A stretch of DNA of 64,000 nucleotides from Acholeplasmataceae bacterium (lineage in GTDB: Bacteria; Bacillota_I; Bacilli_A; Acholeplasmatales; Acholeplasmataceae). This document shows, piece by piece, positions 19,213-29,919 of this stretch; positions within the stretch are counted from its first letter, which is position 1, and every line of letters starts with the position of its first letter. A program made the translations under genes and the position numbers. The notes under the pieces were generated by a model that had not been told where the DNA came from, ran no database searches, and saw only the letters and a list, made by a program, of their open reading frames with translations. The DNA is taken from the NCBI GenBank assembly GCA_963667565.1, contig OY763415.1, positions 1,216,001 through 1,280,000 of the forward strand. The letters run 5' to 3'.

Positions 19213-20104
19213 ATCTATATATAACTTGTTTTCCGCCTCGTTTTTTTGCTTCATACATCGCTTGATCAGCTCGATGAATTGCTTCAAACAATGTTTCATC
19301 ATCTTTTTTAATGACCGCACCTATGGATGCACCTTGGTCAAGAGATTGCTCTCTTGGTCCTGTTTGTTCTAATAATATTCTAAATTTTTCTGCTACATCA
19401 ATGATATCTTTTTCATCAATATCTAATAAAAACACAACAATTTCATCACCACCATATCTTACGGCAACATCATTTCCTCTGATGTTGTGTAAGATGGTTT
19501 GAGTTAGAGAAACTAATACTCGATCACCAAATTGATGGCCATATGTATCATTTACATCTTTAAATTTATCAAAATCAATAAATAATACACCAACTGTTTT
19601 TATATGGTGGTATGCTAAATGGCTTAGCAATGCTTTTTCTATCACTCTTCGATTATATAATTTAGTTAATGGATCAATCATGGTAAGTTTTTCATTCTCA
19701 TCATAAAAATCTAGTGATAAAGTTGTTTGTGTCTGATTTGTAAAGACTTCAATTGCGCCAACAATTTCACCATATGAAACATATGGATAAACGCGTACCA
19801 AGACACGTACGCGATGCCCATTTTTATGATGCAGATACACATAATGTTCTATGATTTTATTTTCGTTAATAGCATCTACTAATGGACAATGATTTTTGCA
19901 TAGATGAATACCTTCATCATTCACATGATTTAAAATATTATCATAACAAAAAGAACCCTCAGTTTCTGCTTTCGTAAATCCCGAGATTTGTGTTGCCATT
20001 GGATTAAAGTATAATATTTGTCTTTTTTTATCAACAATATATACAGCTTCGTTATAATGATCGAACATCGCTGTTAAATTATCAAAATTTTCAAATTTCT
20101 CCAT
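19211..20104 (-). CDS. PAS-GGDEF diguanylate cyclase
   Basis: DPLTKLYNRR, DFDKFKDVNDTYGHQFGD, RGND I-site, RYGGDEI, ADQAMYEAK; Cys-rich PAS domain. Confidence 0.9.
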   Translation of the reverse strand: MEKFENFDNLTAMFDHYNEAVYIVDKKRQILYFNPMATQISGFTKAETEGSFCYDNILNHVNDEGIHLCKNHCPLVDAINENKIIEHYVYLHHKNGHRVRVLVRVYPYVSYGEIVGAIEVFTNQTQTTLSLDFYDENEKLTMIDPLTKLYNRRVIEKALLSHLAYHHIKTVGVLFIDFDKFKDVNDTYGHQFGDRVLVSLTQTILHNIRGNDVAVRYGGDEIVVFLLDIDEKDIIDVAEKFRILLEQTGPREQSLDQGASIGAVIKKDDETLFEAIHRADQAMYEAKKRGGKQVIYR

Positions 20105-20210
20105 TGCTATACCCCTCTACCCTCTTGTCTCTATATTTTACATAACTTTATGAGAATTTGCAATGAATATCCTAACTTAGTTTGAAATTGAAAGTTTTTA
20201 TGAACATATG

Positions 20211-20242
20211 AAAAAGCTTGGCTCAAAATAGAGTCAAGCTTT
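20211..20242 (-). terminator. Terminator after the large lipoprotein gene
   Basis: AAAGCTTGGCTC-AAAATA-GAGTCAAGCTTT. Confidence 0.7.
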
Positions 20243-20278
20243 AAATCATTTATTATCATTATATATGGATGATTTCAC

Positions 20279-23200
20279 TTACGAAACAGTTTGGATTATA
20301 ACATTAAATCCATATTGATTATATGTATAATTTATAAATTCAAAATAAACTGTTTGCCCGGCTGTCACTGTAAAAGATAACTCGAAATTCCATCCAGAAT
20401 AATCATCATTATATGTAACATATTGGAAGTTTTGATCATATAAGTCCACTCTTGGGTCACCGTTATCAGTGTATGATGTAATGGTATAAGTTCCAGAAGT
20501 TGTTGCAGTAAACTGATAATATGTAAGTTCTTCGCCTGCAGGAACTACAACAAGTGTATCAACAAACATTTCAGGGCTATTATAGAGCATATCTTCAAAT
20601 GATGGTTCACCTTCTAATAGTGCTGTAATACCATAACTATCCATGAATCCAATAATAACATCTAAATCAGCTGGTGATAAATTTGAATAATCTAAGGCAG
20701 TAATTGTATCTATATCATCAAATAATTGAGTGATGAAATCATTGACTGTTGTTTGCATATCATCAACTTGTGTTGAAGTTAAGTTTAAGTATGAAAGTAA
20801 TGCTTCATTAGTTAACACATCATTAAAGATAGCATATACGACTTGTCCCACTAAAATACTATTTGATAATGTATATGATTGATCAATGGCATCTACTAGC
20901 ATTAAGAATGCTGCGATTTGTGGATCTTCTGTATACTTAGTTGTTCCTAGATATGAAGTGAAATCAAGACCGTCAATTGCATTAACTAATACTGTTTCTA
21001 AAGTGAATACGTCTTCTGCGATTGAGCTTACATCTGCAATCAATGATTCAAACATTGCATCTAGTGTAGCAATTGAATTTTCTTCTGGATTTGATTGATA
21101 AATAGCAATCACCATTGGAATCTTAACAAGAGATAATATAGCTTCAATTTCTGTTGCATTAAATTGATCAGCAACGATATTGTGATATGCAACAAATGCA
21201 TCAATCAAATCATTAATTGCCAATGCTGTTTGATCCATATCTTGTCCATCAAGTGCTTCTAGAGCCATGATTGCATCAATAATTTCGCCTTCTGAAGTAA
21301 TCAATTGATCAAACGCATCTGTACCAACAGTATGAACAAGATCTATCACTGTCTTCATATTTGCATAAGATTCTGATAATTCTGTTAAAACATAATGTAG
21401 CATTTCTAATTGTAAATCAGATGGATTTTCAACTTGTAATGATTCAACATAAGCAATTGCAAAACTCATATATGCATCAAATACTAATGCTGGTTCTGGT
21501 CCATTTAACAAATCATTAAATGCAGTGATTTGATCTGGATGCGCAACAACAAATGCATCGACTTGATCATTGATAAATGTTAAGAATGCTAAGATGTCGT
21601 ATGGATCAGGGTTGAAATTACCATATTCATCAAAACCATTTTGAATTAAAGTCATCATCGATTCAATATCTGTTTGGTCAATATCACCTAAGAATAGATA
21701 TTCTAATTCAATCATTTGACCAGATAATTGAGAAATAAATGGATATGCTGCATCATATAAATCTGAAATATCTTCAAGTGTAAAGCCCATATCATCATTG
21801 ACATACATTGAAATCACATAAGGAATTTTAGCAAGTGCTAATAAATCTTCGATTTGTGCTGGTGTGAATTGTGAACCAATGACTTGATTGTATAAATTAA
21901 ATTCTTCAACAGCTTGAGTAATAAACGCTAAGACAGCTTCAGAATCTTCTGTATCTAATGTTTGATATGCGTTAATTAAATCAATGATACTTGCTTGTGA
22001 ATCAACAAATGTTGAATACACATCAATACCGATTGTTTTAACTAAATTAAGCGCTGAAGTAATTTCATCATATGAAGTTGCTAGTTCATTCAAGGCATAC
22101 ATCATCACTTCATATTGCATACTTTCTTGATCCGCCATTAAATCAACATAGTTTGTAACAACTGTAATGATATCTTCATAAATCGCTTGAGGTGTTTCTG
22201 AACCAGTTAAATCAGTTAAAGCTTGAACTTCAGTTGGATGATTTGCAATAAAGTTTTCAATATAAGTTTGTAAGAAATCAAGTAATGCAACAAAATCATC
22301 TGTATTGTTTAAAATGTCTGGTTCGCCATTGACCATTAAGTTGTTTGCATACATGCTTACTACTGCAAAGTTGGTTTCACTAAAATCACCAATAAATAGC
22401 AATGCTAAATCAATACTTGCTTCATCAACTTGTCCTAAGAATAATGCATATTGTTCTAATGAACTAAAATCCATACCTGACATAGAACTTGCAACTGCAA
22501 ATCCCAATCTATGAATTGCTGAAAAGTCTGTTGCATCTGGCATTGCGGTATCTAATAGATCGACAAAGGCATTTTTAATAATAAATATTTCAGTAATGCT
22601 TAATTCAGATTGACCTGACATCGCATCATCTAATAAATCAACAACATTTTGGGGAATATTATTTTTAATTGCAAACATGAAATCAATGACGCTAGATAAT
22701 GCCATAATCGTATCATCTTCATTTAATGCTAACATTTCTTTCATTTGTGTCATTTGATTTAATGTATTTTGTCTACGATTTAATTCTGATTGCATCATAT
22801 CGATATTCCAACCATAGCCATTAAGTGTGTTAATGACAGTTACAAGTGGACCTAGATCATCTAAAAATGCTTGATCAGCGCCAGTATAAATATTCACAGC
22901 AACTAAATATAAATTATTAATAACATCATTATGTTCATAATATAGATAGTAATAATAGTTACTTGGGTATGCCATACCATTATTATTAATATCTCTTACC
23001 ATTTCTTCAAACGCATATAAACTAGAGAATGAGAATTCTCCACCTGCACTAAACATCATATCAAGTGCATCAATTTGATCTTGTGTTGTTGCATAATTAT
23101 ACATAACATCTGCTACTGCATGGAATGCACCTGAAGCAACATAAGTATCTAAATCTGCTTGTTCATTATCTAACATAGCTTGTTGTTCTGTTAAATCCGC

Positions 23201-24358
23201 AGTTAAAAATTGACTTTGAATCGTTAGCATAAGATTTGCTAGACCATAAGAAAGTTCTGCAACTCTTTGTGTATTCATATCATATGTTTCAAATACACCT
23301 AGTGCTTCTAATAGTTGATCTATGGTATAGATTTCACCATCTTTAACCATACCGATAACACCTTGAATAAATCCAATAGCATTGTCAGTTGTCATTCCAA
23401 ATTGAGCAACTTCATCTGCATAGTATTGTGCGATATCACTTGCTGCTAAATAGTTTTGATATTCATAATCATCATTAAAGTCAGTTGATGCCATATTTGG
23501 AACATATGTATCATCGATGGCTAATAATGCTGCTTCATAAACTAAATCCTCATTTGCTTGTTGTTCAACTGTAAATGATAATGTAGTTGTTTCATCTGAA
23601 CGAACATCACCATTAACCGCAACAACTGTAACATCATATGATCCAACTGATAAATTAAGTGTTGATAAATCAAATGATAATGCATTGACTGGATATTCAG
23701 TTTCATCAACAATAACGATATAACTAATAGCATTGGTTACTGCGTTCCAACTCACAACACCATTATTGATTGCTACATTTGTTGGTGTATCAAGTTCTGT
23801 TATTGTGCTTTCAGTCACATTATATGTAACTGCAGTTGAAGCTGTTGATTGGTTTGTCCCACTAACAGCAATGACAGTAACACTATGATTACCTGTTGCT
23901 AAAGAAAGTGTTGATAAATCAAATGATGTGCTTGTCGTTGTATGATTTGTACCATCAACAGAAACAATATAACTATCTGCACCAGTAACTGCTGTCCAAC
24001 TCACTACACCACTATTGATTGCTACATTTGTAGGTGTCGATACACTTTGATTTGTATCAGCAACTACATAAGTCACAGAATTAGATGGTAGTGATAGTGA
24101 ACTATCTGCTGCGGCAACAACATATATATCATATGATCCAACGGCTAATGATTGCGTTGATAAATCAAATGATGTTTCTGATGTTTGCTCTGAATTTGTT
24201 CCAATAAACACCAAGTAATGATCAGCGTTATTCACTGCACCCCAACTCACAACACTATCATTAAGTGAAATGACTGGTGCATCTAGTTGTATGTCCCCAC
24301 AAGCGACCAGTGTTAGAGAAAACGCCAATACTGAAAGTAAAAATAATATTTTCTTCAT
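20279..24358 (-). CDS. 1359-aa acidic surface lipoprotein: 3 FN3/Ig-like repeats, helical repeats, C-terminal PPC-like beta-sandwich
   Basis: Lipobox LVAC; three VVSWxAVxxAxxY..SFDLST units; duplicated helical region; C-terminal YYQFTATTSGTYTI..DPRVDLYD..NDD. Confidence 0.75.
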   Translation of the reverse strand: MKKILFLLSVLAFSLTLVACGDIQLDAPVISLNDSVVSWGAVNNADHYLVFIGTNSEQTSETSFDLSTQSLAVGSYDIYVVAAADSSLSLPSNSVTYVVADTNQSVSTPTNVAINSGVVSWTAVTGADSYIVSVDGTNHTTTSTSFDLSTLSLATGNHSVTVIAVSGTNQSTASTAVTYNVTESTITELDTPTNVAINNGVVSWNAVTNAISYIVIVDETEYPVNALSFDLSTLNLSVGSYDVTVVAVNGDVRSDETTTLSFTVEQQANEDLVYEAALLAIDDTYVPNMASTDFNDDYEYQNYLAASDIAQYYADEVAQFGMTTDNAIGFIQGVIGMVKDGEIYTIDQLLEALGVFETYDMNTQRVAELSYGLANLMLTIQSQFLTADLTEQQAMLDNEQADLDTYVASGAFHAVADVMYNYATTQDQIDALDMMFSAGGEFSFSSLYAFEEMVRDINNNGMAYPSNYYYYLYYEHNDVINNLYLVAVNIYTGADQAFLDDLGPLVTVINTLNGYGWNIDMMQSELNRRQNTLNQMTQMKEMLALNEDDTIMALSSVIDFMFAIKNNIPQNVVDLLDDAMSGQSELSITEIFIIKNAFVDLLDTAMPDATDFSAIHRLGFAVASSMSGMDFSSLEQYALFLGQVDEASIDLALLFIGDFSETNFAVVSMYANNLMVNGEPDILNNTDDFVALLDFLQTYIENFIANHPTEVQALTDLTGSETPQAIYEDIITVVTNYVDLMADQESMQYEVMMYALNELATSYDEITSALNLVKTIGIDVYSTFVDSQASIIDLINAYQTLDTEDSEAVLAFITQAVEEFNLYNQVIGSQFTPAQIEDLLALAKIPYVISMYVNDDMGFTLEDISDLYDAAYPFISQLSGQMIELEYLFLGDIDQTDIESMMTLIQNGFDEYGNFNPDPYDILAFLTFINDQVDAFVVAHPDQITAFNDLLNGPEPALVFDAYMSFAIAYVESLQVENPSDLQLEMLHYVLTELSESYANMKTVIDLVHTVGTDAFDQLITSEGEIIDAIMALEALDGQDMDQTALAINDLIDAFVAYHNIVADQFNATEIEAILSLVKIPMVIAIYQSNPEENSIATLDAMFESLIADVSSIAEDVFTLETVLVNAIDGLDFTSYLGTTKYTEDPQIAAFLMLVDAIDQSYTLSNSILVGQVVYAIFNDVLTNEALLSYLNLTSTQVDDMQTTVNDFITQLFDDIDTITALDYSNLSPADLDVIIGFMDSYGITALLEGEPSFEDMLYNSPEMFVDTLVVVPAGEELTYYQFTATTSGTYTITSYTDNGDPRVDLYDQNFQYVTYNDDYSGWNFELSFTVTAGQTVYFEFINYTYNQYGFNVIIQTVS
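23560..24290 (-). repeat. Three tandem ~246-249 bp coding repeats
   Basis: gttgataaatcaaatgat identical at 23661, 23910 and 24156. Confidence 0.85.
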
Positions 24359-24487
24359 AATACCCTCCTATTGAATCTAAATTTTAATTTATATTACATA
24401 TAAATAGTCAATACCCTCTTCGCCTTCATTATATATTTTTATATTTTAATTAACAATAGCAGATTGTTATAATATCAAAGTATTTCT

Positions 24488-26992
24488 TTAAAATGTTCTA
24501 ATATAACTCATATATGTAGTTTTTTTAATTAAAAATATTTGATAAATCATCACACATATCCATATGAGTAAATTTAGCGTAAATCCATAAATGATTGGTT
24601 TAAATGAAAATATAATATATTCATAAGTTTTGAAAACTACGATAAATTCACTTAAAGCTAGATATACTAGTATGAAAACGATGATAGATATAAAGATACT
24701 TATTAGAAATACAACGCCTTGATTTATGATTCTATACTTAATCATATTTTTTTTAGAAAGTCCCAAAGTATAAATTTTTGCGTCATCCTCAGATTCTAAA
24801 TAATGCAACATCGTTGTATGATTAAATAATGAGATGATGAAACTTAACATCATCAATCCTATAATTGCAGATAAATATATTTTTACTCTACTCATTTGTA
24901 TTATCATAGGATCAACGACGGTTTTATTGTAATCTGTAATAATCACCATCTTTTGTCCATAAAGATTGATAAGCTGTTCTTCTAGCAATGTTTTATCAAT
25001 CGCTTTTAGTAAAATTGCATTTCGGTCAATACTTTCATAAGAACTATCTTCAAATAAATTGATAAATGCTAAATCCAATGTTTCTTTAGGATAAAATCCT
25101 GCAATGGTAAAAACGACATCCTCATATGATGGACCAAATGTAAGTGAAATCGAATCTCCAATTTGATATTGATATACTTCTTCATATTTTTTTGATAATA
25201 TAATTTGATGAAATCTAGTTTGATATTGATTAATAACTTCTTGGTCAATACTCACATTAAAATAATTTGAAATATCTTGACCACTGATAGAAACAACTTG
25301 ATTGATTGAAATCTGATCTATGTTCGTTTCTACATTTTGGAAATATCCTACTAGTTTTGCTTCATCAACTTGGTCAAGCGTTAATACTTCTTGGTACATA
25401 TCTTCATTTTGATTCATCATTCTTGTCATGACTAGATCAAATTGATATTCACTATCTAGACGATCGATTCTATGTTGCATATGATCAAGTGTAAACATAA
25501 GTAAAAATATGACAACAAATACCGTTAACATCATAGATATATAATGATAAAATTGTCGTTTATTAAGTAATTTCTTGTAAAGTAATGCTTGCGGTGTAGA
25601 TTGTTTAAAGATAAATGATATTTTATGGATTAACACCGGTGTTATCAAAAAAAGAAATAAAAGTGCACAGATGACTAGGATGATAGAACGATAATAGCTT
25701 AATATAACAAAGCCAAGATATGTACTTAAAACAACATAAATCATCATCACTATCAAAGCTATAATGACATGTTTTTTAATATGGAGTCGTTTCTCAATTC
25801 CTTGTGTGTGCATATGTTTTATATCAGTCTCTTGATTGAATTTAAACAAATGAACCGCGATCACACCTACAAAAATGGTAATGATAAATAAACTAGCAGT
25901 AACCATTTGTATCGTTGTTAACTGATATGTTCTAAATGACTCTAAATATGTAAATCCTGCTTGTATAATGAGATTGGTCAAAATGACACCGATATACATA
26001 CCACTTAATAACAATACACTTATCTCAACGAGCAAAATCGAGATCGAGAATTGCTTACTTCCTCCTAATACACCAATAGTGGAACTCATCTTCTTTTTAT
26101 CATAAAAATAGACGACAAGCGTTGTTTCCAAAACTAATATGATTGCTGCAAAAACAATCACAATAACAACATCAAAGAGCGCAACCATACGATTTACATC
26201 AATATTGATTTGCATCAAATTAAATGTTTCAACATAGTTCAATAATTCATATGAACTCACATTATCAAATATATCTTTCGCTTGTAAATAAGAGGTTTGA
26301 TCATTTAAGTCAATATAAACTCTGTTATATAAATTTGTAAGTAATGCTGTAGGAAATGAAGCAAGTGTTGGACTTAATGATTCTAAAAAGAATGACATTG
26401 CCGTTTGTTTTTCTACAAACACACTAGGACCGCTAAAAAGATAAGCATCATCAATGATATCTATAATAGTGAAAGCTTTGTTCGTATCACTTGCATGTAA
26501 AAGAATCTGATCATCTACATGTAAATCATTCATATCAGCATATGATTTTGTGATAATAATTTGATCATCATTGAGTGTATCTAAATCCGTGTGAACCGAA
26601 GATGCAATATGCTTAAATGATGCCATATCTGATGCATATATATGTACATATGACATATCAAGATCAACAGATGATAAAACATCAAATTCAAAAAATGGAT
26701 AATATGCATCCATCTGATTTGATATATCCGGGTCATCAAAGTCACTTATTGAGAAAAATCTTGAACTTCCTTGACTACTAACTTCTAAAACCATATCAAT
26801 ATTTTGATATTTACTTTCAATTTTCCCATAATAATAATTAAACATGACATCATTCATGGAAATTGATAAAAAAATGGTTAATGAAACGCCTAAAAAACCT
26901 AGCCACAAAAGGATAGATCTCATTGGGTGAAATATTACATTTTTAAATGCAAATCTAAAAACAAATAATATTTTATGAATGCGTCTTTTCAT
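24488..26992 (-). CDS. FtsX/MacB-like ABC permease (duplicated)
   Basis: Two halves, each an N-terminal TM, a large extracellular domain and 3 TM; follows a MacB-like ATPase. Confidence 0.8.
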   Translation of the reverse strand: MKRRIHKILFVFRFAFKNVIFHPMRSILLWLGFLGVSLTIFLSISMNDVMFNYYYGKIESKYQNIDMVLEVSSQGSSRFFSISDFDDPDISNQMDAYYPFFEFDVLSSVDLDMSYVHIYASDMASFKHIASSVHTDLDTLNDDQIIITKSYADMNDLHVDDQILLHASDTNKAFTIIDIIDDAYLFSGPSVFVEKQTAMSFFLESLSPTLASFPTALLTNLYNRVYIDLNDQTSYLQAKDIFDNVSSYELLNYVETFNLMQINIDVNRMVALFDVVIVIVFAAIILVLETTLVVYFYDKKKMSSTIGVLGGSKQFSISILLVEISVLLLSGMYIGVILTNLIIQAGFTYLESFRTYQLTTIQMVTASLFIITIFVGVIAVHLFKFNQETDIKHMHTQGIEKRLHIKKHVIIALIVMMIYVVLSTYLGFVILSYYRSIILVICALLFLFLITPVLIHKISFIFKQSTPQALLYKKLLNKRQFYHYISMMLTVFVVIFLLMFTLDHMQHRIDRLDSEYQFDLVMTRMMNQNEDMYQEVLTLDQVDEAKLVGYFQNVETNIDQISINQVVSISGQDISNYFNVSIDQEVINQYQTRFHQIILSKKYEEVYQYQIGDSISLTFGPSYEDVVFTIAGFYPKETLDLAFINLFEDSSYESIDRNAILLKAIDKTLLEEQLINLYGQKMVIITDYNKTVVDPMIIQMSRVKIYLSAIIGLMMLSFIISLFNHTTMLHYLESEDDAKIYTLGLSKKNMIKYRIINQGVVFLISIFISIIVFILVYLALSEFIVVFKTYEYIIFSFKPIIYGFTLNLLIWICVMIYQIFLIKKTTYMSYIRTF

Positions 26993-27653
26993 CTTTTATG
27001 ATCTCTCCACTTTTCATATGCAACGTACGAGTTCCATAAGATGTTGTATCTATATTATGTGTGACCATAAGAATAGTTTTCTTATATGTTTGATTAAGTG
27101 TTTTAAATAACTCCATAATTTTTAAACCTGTTTGATAATCAAGATTACCTATAGGTTCATCAGCAAAAATAAGCTTAGGTTCATTTATAAGTGCTCTTGC
27201 TATAGCTACTCTTTGTTGCTGTCCCCCTGATAATTCTGATGGATAACTGTCTTTTTCATGATCCATTTCAACCATTTTTAATGCATCAATAATTTTTTCT
27301 TTTGAAATTTGTTTACCAATCACAGATGCAAGTTTAACATTTTCATATACTGTAAGGTTGGGAATTAAATGAAAAAACTGAAAAACAAACCCAATATCAT
27401 GGCTTCTTAATTCAGCTTTATCTTTTTCTTTATATGTCTTCATATCTTTATTAAAAAGCAACAATGTGCCTAAATCATAAGTTTCAAGTCCACTTAACGT
27501 ATAAAGTAATGTCGTTTTCCCTGATCCTGAAGGTCCTACAATTGAAACAAATTCTCCATCTTCAACATCAAGATTAATATTTTTTAATACTTCAACATCA
27601 AATTTAGATTTGTGATAAGTCTTAAATAATCCTTTTGCGTGTATTTGATTCAT
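26973..27653 (-). CDS. MacB/LolD-like ABC ATPase
   Basis: [43 protein letters not shown]. Confidence 0.93.
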   Translation of the reverse strand: MNQIHAKGLFKTYHKSKFDVEVLKNINLDVEDGEFVSIVGPSGSGKTTLLYTLSGLETYDLGTLLLFNKDMKTYKEKDKAELRSHDIGFVFQFFHLIPNLTVYENVKLASVIGKQISKEKIIDALKMVEMDHEKDSYPSELSGGQQQRVAIARALINEPKLIFADEPIGNLDYQTGLKIMELFKTLNQTYKKTILMVTHNIDTTSYGTRTLHMKSGEIIKDEKTHS

Positions 27654-27685
27654 ATGTATCCCTCATTTCATCTTTATTATATAAC

Positions 27686-27710
27686 AAAAAAGTCCTTCTT
27701 TTGAAGGACT
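27686..27710 (-). terminator. Terminator
   Basis: AGTCCTTC-TTTT-GAAGGACT with T-tract on the minus strand. Confidence 0.75.
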
Positions 27711-27727
27711 CTTTCATTTTTATTAAA

Positions 27728-28366
27728 TTAGTCTACCATGCAATCGCCAGTACCGTAAGATCCAGAACCTCTAGAACCATGAGTACCTTTAAACATGTTT
27801 TGGAAACCATTTTTAACGCCATTTGCTAAATCGTATCCTGCACCAGCAAGTCTATCTTTAGAGAATGCTGCTAAATGATGAGTTGAAGCATTGATTAATG
27901 TTTGGAATACTGTTGCAACATCATCTGGAAGATCTTGAGCTAAAAACGCTTGGTATAATTCAATATTTGCAGTTTCTGCAACAACACCAGTTGCTAAAGC
28001 ACTTGCGATTGAATCAGGAATTTCAGTAACAACGATATCATTGACTGGAACTTCAATACCATAAGTTTCAAATAATGGTAATAATAAATCGATATGAGTT
28101 TGTTCAGCTAATACAATATTCGTAAATGGTTTTACTTCACCATAAGTATCAATAATTGCTTGATAAGTTGCTTGAGCTGTATATTCATCAATTAGTGCAT
28201 AAGTTAACATATCTTCTAATGAGTATTCACCATTTTCATCAACTGTGAGTGTTGTTACATCGACTGAACCAACTTCAACTGAATCTGCGTTAACACCATA
28301 ACTAATAAATGCTACGCCACCTAAAATTAAACCTAAGAAAATAAATAATTTAACATGTTTCTTCAT
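27728..28366 (-). CDS. Exported ferritin-like protein (DUF2202-like)
   Basis: N-terminal signal/TM; DEYTAQATY, PFTNIVLAEQTH, AETANIELY, ASTHHLAAF. Confidence 0.75.
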   Translation of the reverse strand: MKKHVKLFIFLGLILGGVAFISYGVNADSVEVGSVDVTTLTVDENGEYSLEDMLTYALIDEYTAQATYQAIIDTYGEVKPFTNIVLAEQTHIDLLLPLFETYGIEVPVNDIVVTEIPDSIASALATGVVAETANIELYQAFLAQDLPDDVATVFQTLINASTHHLAAFSKDRLAGAGYDLANGVKNGFQNMFKGTHGSRGSGSYGTGDCMVD

Positions 28367-28455
28367 AAAACAATTGCCTCCTTTTGTTTCTGTACTATAT
28401 ATACAATCAACTTGTGGAGTTTATTGGTCTTATATTGAAATATGTGAATTTTATG

Positions 28456-29811
28456 TTATTTTAATATTTTCTTAATGAGTCTTTCTTTTGATTCTGAATA
28501 CGGTGGATATGCAAGTGTATGATGAATCTTCTTTGTGACAATAGATTTCATATGACTAAAAGTATCAAATGATGTTTTACCATGATAAGCACCTATGCCA
28601 CTTTGTCCTACACCACCAAATGGTATATGCCCATTTGAGACATGCATAATTGTATCATTAATTGCACCACCACCAAATGACAATTCCAAAAGCACTTTAT
28701 TGATATGTTTCTTGTTTTTTGAAAACATATATAATGCTAATGGTTTTTCACCTTGTTTTAATTGTGCGATTAATTCATCTAAATTCGAATATGTTAAGAT
28801 AGGAAGAATTGGACCAAATATTTCTTCTTGCATTACTTTATCAGTTGTTTCTACATCGCTTAAAATCGTTGGAGAAATAAAATTGTTTTCCATATTAAGT
28901 TGATTCCCATAGACCACTTTATCGTCATCAATTAAGTTTTTTAATCGATTGAAGTGACCTTGGTGGATAATATGTCCAAAGGTTTCTTCGTTACTATATC
29001 TTATTTCTATTTCTTTTTTTAGTAGTTTGATGAGCTCATTTTTTTTACTTTCATGTACATAAATATAATCTGGAGCAATACATGTTTGACCGGCATTCAT
29101 AAATTTCCCAAAAGAGATACTTGCTGCTGCTTTTTTTAAATTCGCAGATTCATCAATAATCGTTGGACTTTTTCCACCAAGTTCTAATGTCACAGGTGTT
29201 AGATGTTTACTTGCTTTTTCATAAACGATTTGACCAACACGTGTAGATCCAGTAAAAAAGATGTAATCAAAACGTTCATCTAAGAGTTTTGATGTTACTT
29301 GATAGTCACCAGTAACAACATCTATATATGAAGGATTAAATGTTTCTTGAATCATCTTTGCTACAACTTTTTCGACTTCTTTAGCATATTCACTTGGTTT
29401 AATAATTACAGTGTTACCTGAAGCAATCGCACCAACAAGAGGTTCTAATACCAATTGTGCTGGATAATTATATGGACCAATAATGAGTACTTGTCCATAA
29501 GGTTCAGGATATATATAAGAATTTGATCCAAACATAAAAATTGGTGTCTTTCTTCTTTTTGGTTTCATCCATTGTTTTAAATGTTTAAGTGCATATGATA
29601 TTGAATGTAGTGTAAATCCAATTTCAGTTGAATAAGCTTCAAATGAAGATTTATGCAAATCATGATATAAAGCATCCTTTAATGGTTGCTCATATTTAAT
29701 GATTGCATTTTTCAATTTTAATAGTTGTTCTTTTCTATATTTATATGAAAGTGTTTGGTTGGTGCTAAAAAACTTCTTTTGATTATTGATCATTTCATTC
29801 ATAACATTCAT
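28456..29811 (-). CDS. Aldehyde dehydrogenase (ALDH3 family)
   Basis: PYNYP, KPSE, FFTGS, LELGGKSP, NAGQTCIAPDY, EEIFGP, PFGGVGQSG. Confidence 0.95.
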   Translation of the reverse strand: MNVMNEMINNQKKFFSTNQTLSYKYRKEQLLKLKNAIIKYEQPLKDALYHDLHKSSFEAYSTEIGFTLHSISYALKHLKQWMKPKRRKTPIFMFGSNSYIYPEPYGQVLIIGPYNYPAQLVLEPLVGAIASGNTVIIKPSEYAKEVEKVVAKMIQETFNPSYIDVVTGDYQVTSKLLDERFDYIFFTGSTRVGQIVYEKASKHLTPVTLELGGKSPTIIDESANLKKAAASISFGKFMNAGQTCIAPDYIYVHESKKNELIKLLKKEIEIRYSNEETFGHIIHQGHFNRLKNLIDDDKVVYGNQLNMENNFISPTILSDVETTDKVMQEEIFGPILPILTYSNLDELIAQLKQGEKPLALYMFSKNKKHINKVLLELSFGGGAINDTIMHVSNGHIPFGGVGQSGIGAYHGKTSFDTFSHMKSIVTKKIHHTLAYPPYSESKERLIKKILK

Positions 29812-29919
29812 CCTTTATCTGATAATGATTTCATTAGTTATTATAACACTAAAAAGCATATTCGATGAATAGTACCATGAATTGAATTATAATAATGACA
29901 ATATAAGGAGGATTAACTT

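Noticed and set aside
23560..24290. DNA repeats as a CRISPR array or mobile element
   Set aside because: They are in-frame ~246-249 bp protein-domain repeats; no spacers, cas or transposase genes.
28456..29811. ALDH as a retinal-metabolising partner of heliorhodopsin
   Set aside because: About 30 kb away, generic ALDH3 family, no linking evidence.
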